A stretch of 64,000 nt of DNA, from NCBI GenBank assembly GCA_051362555.1, contig CM120641.1, positions 46,196,401-46,260,400 on the forward strand, read 5' to 3'. The translations under genes were made by a program, and so were the position numbers. The stretch is from Lingula anatina. Its lineage: Eukaryota > Animalia > Brachiopoda. The notes under the pieces are model-generated. The model saw only the letters and a program-made list of their open reading frames with translations. It made no database searches and was not told the origin of the DNA. Positions 36,419-49,878 of this stretch are shown piece after piece; position 1 is the first letter of the stretch; every line of letters starts with the position of its first letter.

Positions 36419-36493
36419 ATGTGTCTTAACTTTCTTATTCCCACAAAGGCCGAGTCATCTATTGTTTTTAGGTTGGTGCAGTCTCTAATTTCA
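36419..36493 (-). CDS. LGR exon 4 (LRR, 75 nt; GC donor)
   Basis: EIRDCTNLKTIDDSAFVGIRKLRH. cag acceptor. The only frame-preserving donor at this exon end is GCAAGT. Confidence 0.88.
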
Positions 36494-36808
36494 CTGAAAA
36501 AATTAAAGGAAAATGAATAATTCACACAATTAAAATGTTAGTGAAACATTACATTTTTGTTTGGATTTTTTTTTATTTTGCCCATAGTTAAGTTAATAAG
36601 TTCAAAACAGCAAGAAATAGTACATCGAATGTTATGCCTACAATATAAATTTCAAAGCATTAAAAATATAAAGATCATCAGGAAATAAAATAAAGATTAA
36701 TGTTAAAGTTAATAGAATCACTTTCATAATGTTTAATTCCTTCACTTTTTGACAAATGACAAATAAGTTTAACAAAGAAATTCTATGAACTTCAATATAT
36801 TATCTCAC

Positions 36809-36883
36809 ATGAATCGTAATTCTGGGTTCTGCGTAAACGTGTGCGGGTCGATCCCCAACAGGGCATAGTCGTGGTTAATACTC
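36809..36883 (-). CDS. LGR exon 3 (LRR, 75 nt)
   Basis: SINHDYALLGIDPHTFTQNPELRF. tag acceptor, gtgaga donor, phase 2/2. Confidence 0.9.
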
Positions 36884-37874
36884 CTAGAAAAGCCCAAGAC
36901 ATAAACATATGAGTAAACCATGTTTATAAGGAATTCTGACAATCCTATTTTTAAACCATTTCCATTTGGTGTCTTCCGTACATTCTAAATATGGAAAATT
37001 CTGTTTAGATCAGGAAGTACTAACACCTGGAAATAGGAAAATAAACACACTTGAGGTGCACACCTCAGAGCACTTTGATATCACAGAAATATAAAGGTAG
37101 TGATTAACTGAGCAGAGAGTTTTACCTCACACTATAACACTGATGGACCTTGAAGAAGAGGGAGGGGAAACCTGCTGCCCTGTCACTCCTCCCAATAATG
37201 CTTTTTTACATAAAAATGTTTTAGGCAAAGCACAAATAATATCAAAAAAAAAAAACAATAGACCTACATCTGAGCCATGATGGCCAGAGATCACACAACT
37301 GGTGAGATGAAGGTGCACAAAAAATGAGCATAAAACTGATTAATAATTATGACAGAGTTAACCCAAATTTCTTAAGTGTTATTAGATCTAAACAACACTT
37401 GGCATTAGTAGCTGTATAGTCATTTCTGTATCATATAACTTCTGTTACTTAAGTCTGAGAGCGACTGGTCACTAAATTGTGTAGCAATGGTTTTTATGGT
37501 TCACAACAGATCTAAGTTGGTCATTAGCCTCAGCTCAGCCTGTTAGTGTTAAAGTTTTTGGTTGAGTAAGTTCCATGTGCTTACCTGACTTTTTCTTCCT
37601 TAAAACTAAACTCTCAGACCAAATTCTAATTTTCAAGGCATTTATTAAGACATTCCTTTTTATACAAAAAACATTTTTAATAGAGGAAAGCATGGCAAAA
37701 CATAATGAAAAAATTAAATAACAATAATAATAACCTGTGTTCCCCTACTCTATCCCCCCCCCCCTTCACCCTTAGCAGCCTTTTCACTTTCTAACAGAGG
37801 CCAATTACACCAGAAATTTTTCATTTCAAGAAACGACTGGATTTTCTACTCAGGGCGTGTCCAATAATACTTAC

Positions 37875-37946
37875 AGTGTTGTTAGTTTTCTAAATGACTT
37901 GAAGTCAGACTGATTCAAGTTCTGTATGGCTGTATTTCTAAGGAAC
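37875..37946 (-). CDS. LGR exon 2 (LRR, 72 nt)
   Basis: FLRNTAIQNLNQSDFKSFRKLTT. cag acceptor, gtaagt donor, phase 2/2. Confidence 0.9.
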
Positions 37947-38738
37947 CTGAAACCAAATTTAAAAATATTAAATATTGAATATCACACTAGTATGTGCTAC
38001 AGCACATGTAACACCAATATTTGGCATGATTTATTAGTGCTTTTTTTTTTTTGGCTCTGTGACAAATAAAAATCTATTTAGACCAGTTTTATATACTGTA
38101 TATTTTTTGTTACTGAAGTACATTTTTTCATTCATATATGTATTTCCATATCTCCAAGAATGAAGAGAGCTTCTAAAATTCACTCAATATAATCAGTACA
38201 ATTCAACAGTAATGTTAATAACCACGTTTGCTCAATAAGGAGATGTATGTAATAAAAAGCCCCAATTCACATCTAAATCTGTCTCAAAATCTACCAATTA
38301 AGTGCCAAATATAGCACTTGTCACTGAAAGTGGAACAAAGCAGATTTTTGATAATGACTTCCACAACAACATATTTTGGTTAAGAGTGCCCAGGGTCTAT
38401 CCTGAGATATGTCGTCTTACGCATACCACATTGTTAATTAGTTCAAGTAGTTATCACTTTTTGAAAAGATGACAATAACAGTAACCCTTATCTTAACCCT
38501 TTTCAACTCTTTAAAGAGGGATGAGACCAGTCCTCACTGATAACGAAGGAAAATTGGCCGGGAGTTAAGGGTACACGATTCACAAGAATGACCCAAATGA
38601 CCCCGAAAAAGTCGGAATTCAGACATAGGTCAGAAAAGTCTCATGACTGTTTAAAGAAATCAGATTTTTATGTTCACAACACTAAAAATATATAAATTTA
38701 TACATTTCTCAGTAAGGATTTATAGCAATTTGCTTATA

Positions 38739-38946
38739 CCCCCTTTACACTGGACGGCGTCCTTTCTGCGACCATGAAATTTGGCATCGCTGTGGTCTTA
38801 ATACGGAGGCACGAGCATTGATTTGGTATCAGAATGAATGCTCAATGATCGACCAGTTGTCGGCACGTAAAGTATTATAATTCTTTAACTCTCAAATGGG
38901 GCCGAACTGCTGGACGCAGAAGGGACGCCGTCCAGTGTAAAGGGGG
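38739..38946. mobile_element. 208-bp MITE with 36-bp TIRs
   Basis: CCCCCTTTACACTGGACGGCGTCCTTTCTGCGACCA at 38739 versus the reverse complement of 38911-38946 (2 mismatches). Confidence 0.85.
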
Positions 38947-41900
38947 CTCTACTTGATAACAAGTAATTCTGGTGCCACATGAATGTCTTGATATTATACT
39001 GCAACCAGGCACCTGCATAGGTCAATTATAAATCTCCTAGAGCTTAATTGGCTGTACAGTGTAATATATCTGTCATATGAAGAGCTATCAAATGAGCAAT
39101 CTAAAATCTAACTTCGTCATCCAGGTGCTGCAACAAATGGATTTTCTTTTTATATGATTATTTTGAAAGATAATACTTTTATGTCCACAAGCCATGCACT
39201 GTCCTATAGTGTCTGAGATATAGTTCACACTGATTCTCCCACAGGGCAATTAGTGTAGGTTTATTTAGTGTCTCAAAATTTGGCATCTTTTATTTATAGG
39301 CATTTTTTCTTAATTATATCATTTTTATTCATGATAAGGGTATTAACTGCTATCTTTTGGCATATTTTGTACAATTAATTAATTTGAGTAGGTTTATCAT
39401 AAGGACAAAATTGATCTTATTAGGGGAGACCAATCAAATGCAAGTTCAGACAGGTCCAACCTCAGGCCTAATTAACAGATAAGGCAATTGTGAACATGAG
39501 CCTCAGATTTGTGAGCACAAATTCCCAATTAACAAATGTAAAATTAAGTAGCCATGACCATGGCATTACTACACACAAACTGCTCTGATGATGTATTCAT
39601 GTCTACTAATTTTACAATGGGATACTTAATTCATAGCTAGAGTCCTCAATTTGGACATTCGTGCTCCTTAATCTATAAGGCTCATGGTAGCATATGGTAA
39701 TTATTGAGCATTAAAAGTATTTTGGTTATAAAGTATTTTACCAAATCAAACAGTAATAATTATCATTAATCCTTACAAATAAACCACATTAAAAGATGAA
39801 TAAAGACATAAAAATACAGATTTACAAACAGATAAGAGCATATATATAAAATCAAAATCATAATGGATTTAATAGCATACTGAAGCATAATGAAGACCTG
39901 TATTGAAACACCAATACCCTTAAGACTTTAATTTCCTGTAATTCTATTTGGGTCCCCACATAATTAAGAACCAAAACGGTTTCAACTTAGACCCTGTCTG
40001 AACGGAATATGAATATTCAACAGGTTCTGGCTAGTGTCCATTCCCCTTAGTAATTAGCCTCCCTGGCCAGACATTTGCAAGCATTTCACATCTGAAAATA
40101 CATTAAGTAAATACAGACATACACTGAGAAAAACATATTGGACATGCACACCAACAATTACACCTAAAATTTCCACCATTTATGTGATTTGCAGTATGCA
40201 ACACTAACACATCCCAATGGTATAAAAACACTCAAGATCTCTGTAACATCTTTACCGCTTTTTAATTTTTACCTTTATATGTTTGAAAAAATTTATATGT
40301 ATTTTTTCCATCTTGTTGAAAGCCATTGACCAGTAATCTTAAACAATCTCCCAGTACAACATATGACATTCTTCCAGTGAAAGATGTGTCAAGAAAGGTT
40401 GTGGCAACTTCCTTGGCATGCTACATATAGCCTCAGTATTTGTCTGATTCCTTAACTGTGTCATGAGCAATGATATTATTTATAGATGTACAATTAAATA
40501 TTTTCCCTTACCATAAAACTGTCACCATGTTTGTTGTATGTTTTTTATCTTTGGGTTTAAATTGCTAGATATTTTCAAACTATCTGTAGAAGATATGGGA
40601 ATGTCCATCACAGTTCAAGTAACAAAAATAAATAATTTTGATTCATAATAAATCTCATTTAAGTTTACATAAATAAAAGTGACCTTAACTGGTCAAATAT
40701 CAATCAACATATATATTAAATTTGTTATTTTTATTTCATTCATAGATTCTGACACTACACAGGATGGAGAAGATATAGAAATTTAACTTAAGGAATCAGG
40801 AAAATTGATAAACATATGGCTTCCAATGCCAGGCTTGTTTATTTTCTGCATGTGCTGCATAGATAAATGTACAAGGTCATTCCATACTCCAGTTATAAAC
40901 AAAAATATGTAATGTATACAAAGTCAAAACACCTTCACACCATAATAAACAAACTTATTGCATCAGACACTCTAAATTATTATTTTTAAACTAAAAACAG
41001 ACATTTTCCAACCATTACTACAACAAGCATTGGTTTGCAGTTTCAGACAAAAAGCAGGCTCTGAAAACTTCCATCAGCAATTCTAAAAGGAAAAAGCAAT
41101 CAATTTTCAAGATCTCTCTGATTTTTAATAGTTCAAGCATGCACAGGTAGTCAGTGATGCTGCTGCTGATCAGTTGTAAATTTAAGGTAACATTTTCTTT
41201 TTTATAATTATTTCTGAATTGATGAACTGGTTATCCAGTTAGATGAGGAAAATCTTATGAAACTGTAGATATCTTTGTGTGGAGGTCATTATGAAGGTAG
41301 ACCTCTGCATTAAGTCCAGTAACATGTAAATGTCATATGTAATACATAAAGATAAAATACAGAAAAGAAAGAAAAAATCCATATACTAATGGCAGAAGCT
41401 ATTGGATTCTATTTACACATCACTATGATTAATATGTCCAAAATATCTCCATCCTATCACTTAATCTTCACTACCAGTCTAAAGTTAGAAACACTGTCTA
41501 CCTACTTGGTTTGAGTAAATATATATGCAAATATTTACATAGGAAAATACCAAAACAGAGCAATCTGTATTTCACAAGTCAACCAGAGATAAGCTTTTAT
41601 AGAAAGGGTCAGATTATCAACCTTAAAAAAAGCCTTGTTGGTTTGAAAAAAGATCATGGCCTTTTCTACCATTTTAGACTGATAATGGGGACTGTTGACC
41701 TCTCCCCTGGTAATATTTTCTCTCTGATTGACCGCCCACTAAATTGAGGATAACACTCCTTGTTAACAGATAGATAGCACCATTTACTATATACCTGAAA
41801 ACCACCCATTGAATTTCCTTTGAAAATGCGTTTTGCACTGAAAAAAAAAAAAAAAAAAAAAAAAAGAAAAAAAAGAAAGGAAAACAAAACAAATTGAAAG

Positions 41901-43068
41901 AAAAGGATTTGGGAATTGTCTATCAAAATGTAAGCTTGTATTTGATAAGCATTGTGAATTTATATATATTATGCCATGTTGAAAAATTGAAACTGCAGAA
42001 GTTGTGAAAAAGAAAGAAAATTTAGATTGATCACATGGGGTTGATGATATGATTGAGATACAAAAATGAATTCTGTTTCAAGAGAACAAAAATGATAAAA
42101 TTGACCTAGCAAAGTTCTTAGGATTAAATAAATAGACACAGGGGCATAACCAGGCATACACACGGATGCACTGTGCGTACAATTTTTTGAGCCAACCATG
42201 ATATTATTCTCCATAAATTCAGTGTATTTTTCACGGAATATAATCGTACCTGAGAATTTTCAAAATCTGTGCGCACAATTTTAAATGGTCTGGTTACGTC
42301 CCTGAGACATATGAAGTTTGCCATAAGCATAATGGTGTAAGTTTCAAAAATGCAATTAAAATCTGATTTATCAGAATATTTTGTGCCTTTAATTTGCTCA
42401 GTTTATTTCTTATTTGAATGAATAACTTTTTCAGTAAGGGTTCAACTATGAGTAATTAGGGTACCTTTGTAGCATTAAACTTTTCTATATAAAATCTCTT
42501 TTACCACTCACTTGATGCTGATCTGTTAGCTATAATTTTTTTGTATTTTTATACACATGTATATTTGAGCCTGCCTGGGCCAATCTCTCTAACCCCCCCC
42601 CCCCCCCCCCACACACACACACCATACACTAATGATGTGTTTAAATTTTGTTCCAAAGTGGTACATATTTTTGTTGCCATTCCATAAGGCATATATCATA
42701 CCTCTTACAGAAAAACTCAAGCTAGCAGCAATAAAACACTTCAAACAAAGCACTTCTCTCCAGGCACACAATTACTTCATAGCCAGATGTCAAGCAGGAG
42801 CTACTGGCACTCTGCTGAGGTTCAAGGATTACACTGGTTGTGACAGATATAACTTGAAGACTGTAAACATAACGTACACAGGCATCTTGGTAAGGTTCGC
42901 TTCCCCCCCCCCCCCTTTTTTTTTTTTTTGAGGCCTGAAAAGTTTCCAAAGATACTGTAATCAACACATGATTTTTTTTTTTTGTATTTCAAGGATTAAG
43001 GAAAAGCTAGATAAAACTTAATTCACATTCTATTGACATAAGTAGCAAAAAACTTCAACTCTCCCCCC

Positions 43069-43099
<31 letters not shown>

Positions 43100-46000
43100 A
43101 CATAATGTAAAGATGTCTGATAATTACGTGTATGATAATTAAAAGACGCGGACACTAGAAATGGATACGTTAACTGGGAAAGCTTTATAAGATGATATAA
43201 GGTGCAGTTCATTGACTTTCACCAAGAAAATGTCTTCCTGGTCCATTTCCAGTGGTCAGCACATTTTTTTAAGGTCCTCATAAGTGTCATGAAAAAAGTG
43301 ACCCACCACACAAATACTCCATTTGCCTATCCTAAGTTTGACAGATCACCACAGTCATTCTCCTCTACTGGTACATAGCAATTGCTGTCTGTCACCTTAG
43401 GTAACTGTAAGATGGTGCTAATTGTGAATAATGTTAAGACAGGTGATTTAACAGCAGATTGAAACCCAGGGTGTTTTTCCAAGACTGGTATTTAAAATGT
43501 ACATTTTTATTTAAAATTAAATTTATAACATGCTTTTGAATTTCAAAAAGTTTAATCAAACAGATAAAACAATTTTGAGCTAAATCCCCTGCTTGATATG
43601 AGAATGCAAATTGTTCCATCTGTGTATTTTATTCTTAATTTTGTTTCATGTGGAGTTTTCTAACCTTTCTTATTACAAATGCAAACCATCTGTCTTATTG
43701 AATGTTATAATGAGCAAAGAGCAGGTGCAAATCCAAAGTGTAAAATACACTAAAAACTTGTCAAGAATTAAGTACTGGCAAAAGTTGTGCGTCATACACA
43801 TATGATATTCTTTATTTGTGTGATACTGGTTCAGGCTAACTGACTCTGACTAAAAATTTAAGGTCTGCACCAGGATTGTTTTGAAATGTGTATCCTTTAA
43901 TTACTCAAACCTTAACTTTAGTGTATTCATTCAGAACCCCCCCCCCCCCTTGCCTCTGCTAAATGAAATAGGCAATCTAGGTCTCTTTTCTTCTCATTTT
44001 GACAATGTTTAAAGCTTGAAATAATCATTTTTCAACAAATTAGTTTCAATTGTCTTTCTCTGAACAGCAGTTCTTTAGAAAAGCACAACTATTTAATGAT
44101 ATTAATGTTGACACTGTCTTAAACATATACCCTACCAAAAGACATACTTCTGTAATTCTGTAAGCTCTGGGTTTGTTCTTGTTACAGATACAGAAGAATA
44201 TCAAAAATAAGGACAACAAAAATGGATTATCCTGATCTGTCTTGAAACTGGAAAGAGATGTGGTTTATTCTGCATCGGGGTCAGCAAGATCAATGGCTTG
44301 TCTCTGTTTCGGACGAGTGGGGAAGGGAGGGGGCAAATTCCTCTGTGGATTTTATTCAGTTGTAATATATATAAGATAGAACATAACTGAGTTCTTGAAA
44401 AAACATGTTAGGGTAAATCCGTATCTTTAACAAACCTACGCGAATTACTTCCTTATCTTTGCTCACACTTGCAATTTTTACAAGTGGCTAAAAATAGTTT
44501 AATTTAGCTTATAGAAACAAACACTATAAATATGCCACCATTTAGCTTAAAAATAAACACACATTCTAGAAAGATTAGCAACAAAAAACTGTTTTTCATT
44601 CATTTCTATTATAACTTGCAAATATTTTAATATCTTAAGCATTCTCAAAGACATTTCAAAGCAAGTACATATGGCAATAGTGCGTTGCCATCGTTGAGGA
44701 AGGTTTTATAAAAAAAATTGGTTTGGCATAGTGTTTTATTTTGACAATCCACCTCAATCCCTGTGTAGATTTCTGATTAGTTTCATTGTCGGTACACGAA
44801 CAACATCCTTTTTATCGCTTTTGTCACATTGGGTCATTATGAAAACAAAACACAACAATGTCTAGTTTGCAATATATGTGCCTTTATGTTTCTGACAACA
44901 AGTAAAAGTTTCAACAACCTTAAGTTTGGCTAAGTAAAGGAAAATATATATTGAATTCCGGTCTGTGTAAATTGAATGTTGTTTCTGATAACATATTTCA
45001 TGTACAGATTCTACTGTATTGGTCAAAAACATGCAAACTATTTGTATTCGTGTGCTGGTATATACAAAGTTTACTAGCTTTCTCTTTTTATTCCTGTGTG
45101 CAATATGTTTTAAAAAAATGACGTCTTTCTTAATTCAGATTCTCAGAACTTCAATTTCATCTTGGGAAATCAACATCAGCATTATTCCTCTGTGCTTCAA
45201 GTTTCCAAGTTATCAAAGAATTACTTCATTTCCCCTGCACTCCAACTGTATAGTTCCATGTGACCATACATATGTCTGGCTTAATTACAGAAAACAGATC
45301 GTCATAACCAGGAGGACTAGAGTACAGACAACACCCTTAATGAACTGCTAAACCATTGGAGAGTGAACCCATCACTATGTAACTAGTCACAAATAATAAT
45401 GCCAAAGTTGAGAAATTCTACAAATTCTGGGGTTGTACATAGCAATGGCTGTGGGCTGATAACAGGTATGAAAGGACAGACTGAGAGCCTCAGGAATTTA
45501 ATACCCTTAGACGATATTGTTATCTCTGGAAATAACATCTATTATCAACAACTCCCATAATTGAGTTCCTGCCTTTGACGTTACAGCTTTCATCATTCCA
45601 GAACTGATTCCAATATACAAGAAATGACTTCATAAAAAAAAAAAACAGAAAAAAATTATCTGTTATAATTCATATAGCTTCATAGATATCTTTTTATTTA
45701 TTTTTGCAAGACATGACCAGATGATGACAAAATTTGCAAGTTATATCTGGTTAAAATTGGTCAGGAATTCAGTAACAACTTGGGGGTTCATTTCAGTGTA
45801 TCACAACAGTGCCTCATCATGATTTACAACGCATTGCATCTGATTCAATTTTTTATCTCTCAGTCACATGTATTTTGGAGACAGGTTTGTACATGCACAA
45901 GCATTTAAAGAGATATGCCTTTTTTTTCACTTTTGTACAAAAAAGCATATACCCTGTAGTTCACCAAGATTACCCTTTATTCTAACATTGTATAGCTTTC

Positions 46001-46537
46001 CAGCAAGCATTCACAGCAATCAGTAGCATAAAAGACCTGAAATCCGATGAAATGCCCCCACTTAAGTTATTTCTGCATTGCCAATAAACTTCACTACCTG
46101 GCCAAGATAAATCTGCCTTCATAATCTTAACTACTGAGTTCCCCTCCAGTTCCGGTTCCTCCCAAGTCTCATTTCCCATCCTTTTAACACTGGCATTCTT
46201 CTCTTCAGTTGTAAAGATTTTTTCTAGGAAGTCCATCAATAGAGCCTTTAAGACCTTTTTGCAAACACAAAACACCCACACTTACAACTTTTTTTTCTCT
46301 ATTAAACAGCTGTTTGATAGTTTTCATTGGATTAGGCAACATTTGTTGAAGTGCATAGAAATATGCGTGTCTGTGTTTGTGGGTACTGTTTTTTATGTAT
46401 CCAAATATCATAATACAGCATTCTGAAAGAACCATTCTGACTGAAATGTTTTAGCATTTAAAAAAAACAACACTTACATGGTGGAATAATTTAATCATTT
46501 TTCCAGTTATCTTATTTTACTGATTTTCTCACTTCGT

Positions 46538-46555
46538 ATGTGTGTGCATGTGTGT

Positions 46556-46586
<31 letters not shown>

Positions 46587-46618
46587 GGGGGGGGGATGGG
46601 GGGGGGCAGGGGGGAGGG
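46538..46618. repeat. (TG)n followed by a long G tract
   Basis: Read directly. The G tract has G-quadruplex potential on the + strand. Confidence 0.85.
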
Positions 46619-49600
46619 TTACTTGGTAACACATAATAGGACTCATTTATGAAAAGCGATACCAATAGCCCATGGTATATTCACCATGCTTTGCAAAAAA
46701 AGAGATCATCAATAAACAATGTCAATGAAGATGATCCTTCTTTCCCTGGAAACCCTTGGTTAGGCTCTTTCTTTGATGTAGTCAATATGTGCGCCAACAT
46801 GCACCTGACCACATCATGCACTGCTGCTTTTTATTGAATTTGGCAACTGCTTGCCTGCCTACAATGATTTGTTCACAATTTAGCCTGTTTATTTCCATTC
46901 TGACATGATCTGCATAAACAATTGCAACATACAGAAAGAAGGTTCTGATATTCTTTGTTTCTTTCATGATACTAGTGTGAACAGAAAAAGATGGTACAAT
47001 GGCAAAGCTTTACGTGTGTAGCCTTTAACAAACTTTGCCACACACCTGGCTGAGTGAGTTTTTCATGGGGGGGGGGGGGGAAGAAATAAAAAGAAGAATA
47101 TACACACATTTCTGTTTTTACCTATTGACGACAGTTGCATTACACTTTTCAAAGTAAATAATTTTAAAAACTATTAAAATGTGTAAATTATCATTTGATA
47201 ATAGTAATAATAATATAATAGTATCTGAACTCCAATTAAAATAAGAAAAATAATCAATCAGCCCATGTGTTGTTGTTGTCAAGGATCTAGTCAGGTATTT
47301 AATAATGACCAGGATGGAGAGATATGAAACATACGTAAGTCACACATCATTAACAATTGCCTTGGAGAAAACAAAACAGACTTCTACATTTTGTTAATTA
47401 TTACATCTTTGTCAAAAAAGCATAACTTACACTCAAGATGCTAATACATGTGTATGTATATATATATATTTAGCTTTTCTATTTTACTTTTAAAAACAGA
47501 CTTAAAAATATTTTTTATTTTACACTAAACAGGAATATATAGTAAATGAATCATACCACTTGAAATGTTGTAATGTTTGATAAATTTTAATTACAATTCC
47601 AAAACATTTATGTGCAATAAATTTGTTATCCTCTGATGACTTGCAGCAAATTGGTTCTTCCATTATTGTTGGTACCAATGTTTTATAAATGATCTTATAA
47701 CATATATAAAAGCCTGCCTTATTAACATACAAAGCCATTCTGCAAATTTAAAATTTAACAGAAATGCACTTATTGGACGATTGTCTTTTTAAATGATATC
47801 TAATGTTCTCAGTAAATCTTAAATCAAACAAAAATAAGGTTTGGCAAGGTTGACTGTGATGTAACTGTTGACGAAGACTTCATGGACACACAGTAATCAC
47901 AACCCATACAGATACACAGTGTCTGTATATAAAAATGTCCAACAGAGTAATTTACTGACAGAATAGGATAAAAATTTTATCAGACCTGATACAAAATTAA
48001 ATTTTTCTCTTCTCTCTCAACCACAACTAACAAATCAATGTTTACAGCAGAGCTGTACATTCATGAAGTATCTTCTTTCTTTTGCATCTGAAAATGTATT
48101 TTGGCAATATAATCAATTCATCCCTTGATTTGAAATTTTCCTTTCAAAAAAAAAAAAAAAAAAAAAAAAAACATTCAAGTGTCAGTCAAGGAACCATTTC
48201 CAGGAAAAAGTTGGACTTAATTAACAACTGCTGCTGGAATTACACAAATGCATAGCCCGGTTCACACCACTGATGTACACCAGGTACAAGCGTGGATTTC
48301 CAGGATTAAACGAAGTCAACAATTTATCAATTTATTCAAAGAAAAGTCTTGTGGTGCATGACCCAAAGGGGGGGGGGGGTCCATTCCACTCACCTGGGGT
48401 CAACCTTACTGTTAACTATGAGTGAATACCGTGTTGCTACAGTACCTGCCGTATCTTACCATGTACCTGTCGGGACCCACAGGTTTGAATTGGAGATTTT
48501 AGGTGACTGAACATGCAACAAGACATCACAAACTACTGAAGACTTCATGAAACTGACTCTTGGGCAGATCACATCACTTATGGTGAACATTCAAAAAGTT
48601 TTCAATAAGAACCAATTATGAAAGAAAGTGTGTATTTTAATTTGAAAAAAAAAAAAAAAAAAAAAAAAAAACATTTGATTTTATCTTATAAAACAGACTC
48701 TGAATCAGTTAATGAAAAGATATGTTAGTTATCACAATTTAAAGATAATTAATAAATATCTATATTTGGAAAATTATCGGTAATGAATAGAGCATCTATG
48801 CAATCAATAACATTAACAGCAGGATTCACTGTTCCGTGTATCAAATCTCCAAGGGCATATAAAAAGACAGCCTCAACACAGACCATTCTGTACACTATAA
48901 TGGAAGTCTGACCTCACCGGAAAACATTAATTTAAGACCACCAAAAATGTGTTTGGCTAAAATTCACTTCCAAGTTTTATTAAACATAAACTTAATGCTG
49001 GACATGTGAAAGAGTCACCTGCTGATATTGACAGCCAGGTATGAACGGTGCCTCTCTAAACCCCACTTTATTACTCAAAGCAAACTAACCTTTATATCAT
49101 GGTATTGACAGCCACATTACCATTGTTTTACGGTGGTGATAAAGTATCCATGAATGCCTCAACCGTGGCTAATGTGATATTGATGCATGAAAGAAACAGT
49201 TGGCTGAACTGAAATGATTATTTTATCTTGTTGCTATGATTAGCTGAATTTTTCTAGATAGCATGTTAAATCAAGCCCATGACTTATGAACACTTGTTAC
49301 TATGCAATAACAGACAGTGATGAAAACAAATGTACAGAACTTGGGGTGGAAGAAGAAACAGGGCATAAAACCCTCTCCCCCAAACAAGAAAACAATGAAT
49401 ATATAAAAATAAAATAATAAATTAAAAGCACAGGGTTAAACAACAGTCAAAATCCTCAGGAGGAAATTTTTTTCTAATTTAGTGACTTTTTAAACATTTG
49501 TATATCTTATAAATGAGCATTTCTGCTCACCAAGATAAAAATAATCTAGTAATACTGATTTTTTAAAAGAATCTGCTTTTTTATCAAACAAAGCAACTTG

Positions 49601-49641
49601 GTAAATTTAAAGTAAATCTAAAATATGGGCAGGTAGCTATA

Positions 49642-49878
49642 GGGCCCATTCCAAAAGAAACTATAGTTCTTTGTAGACCGATCCAACTCTTGCTGAATAC
49701 AATCAGATTAACATGCCTCCTCTTGTTTCTGATGAATTTGTACAATCACCAGCTTTTCTGTATACTACTCAACCCCAGGAGGAGGCATGTCATCTGTTAA
49801 TCTAATTGAATTCAGCGAGAGTCCACTGCAGAGTTGGATTGATCTAAGTAGAACAATAGTCTCATTGGGAATAGGCTC
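49642..49878. mobile_element. Palindromic MITE family B (long imperfect inverted arms)
   Basis: Left arm ATTCCAAAAGAAACTAT..GATCCAACTCT..GCTGAATACAATCAGATTAACATGCCTCCTC pairs with right arm GAGGAGGCATG..TTAATCTAATTGAATTCAGC..AGAGTTGGAT..ATAGTCTCATTGGGAAT. Confidence 0.75.
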
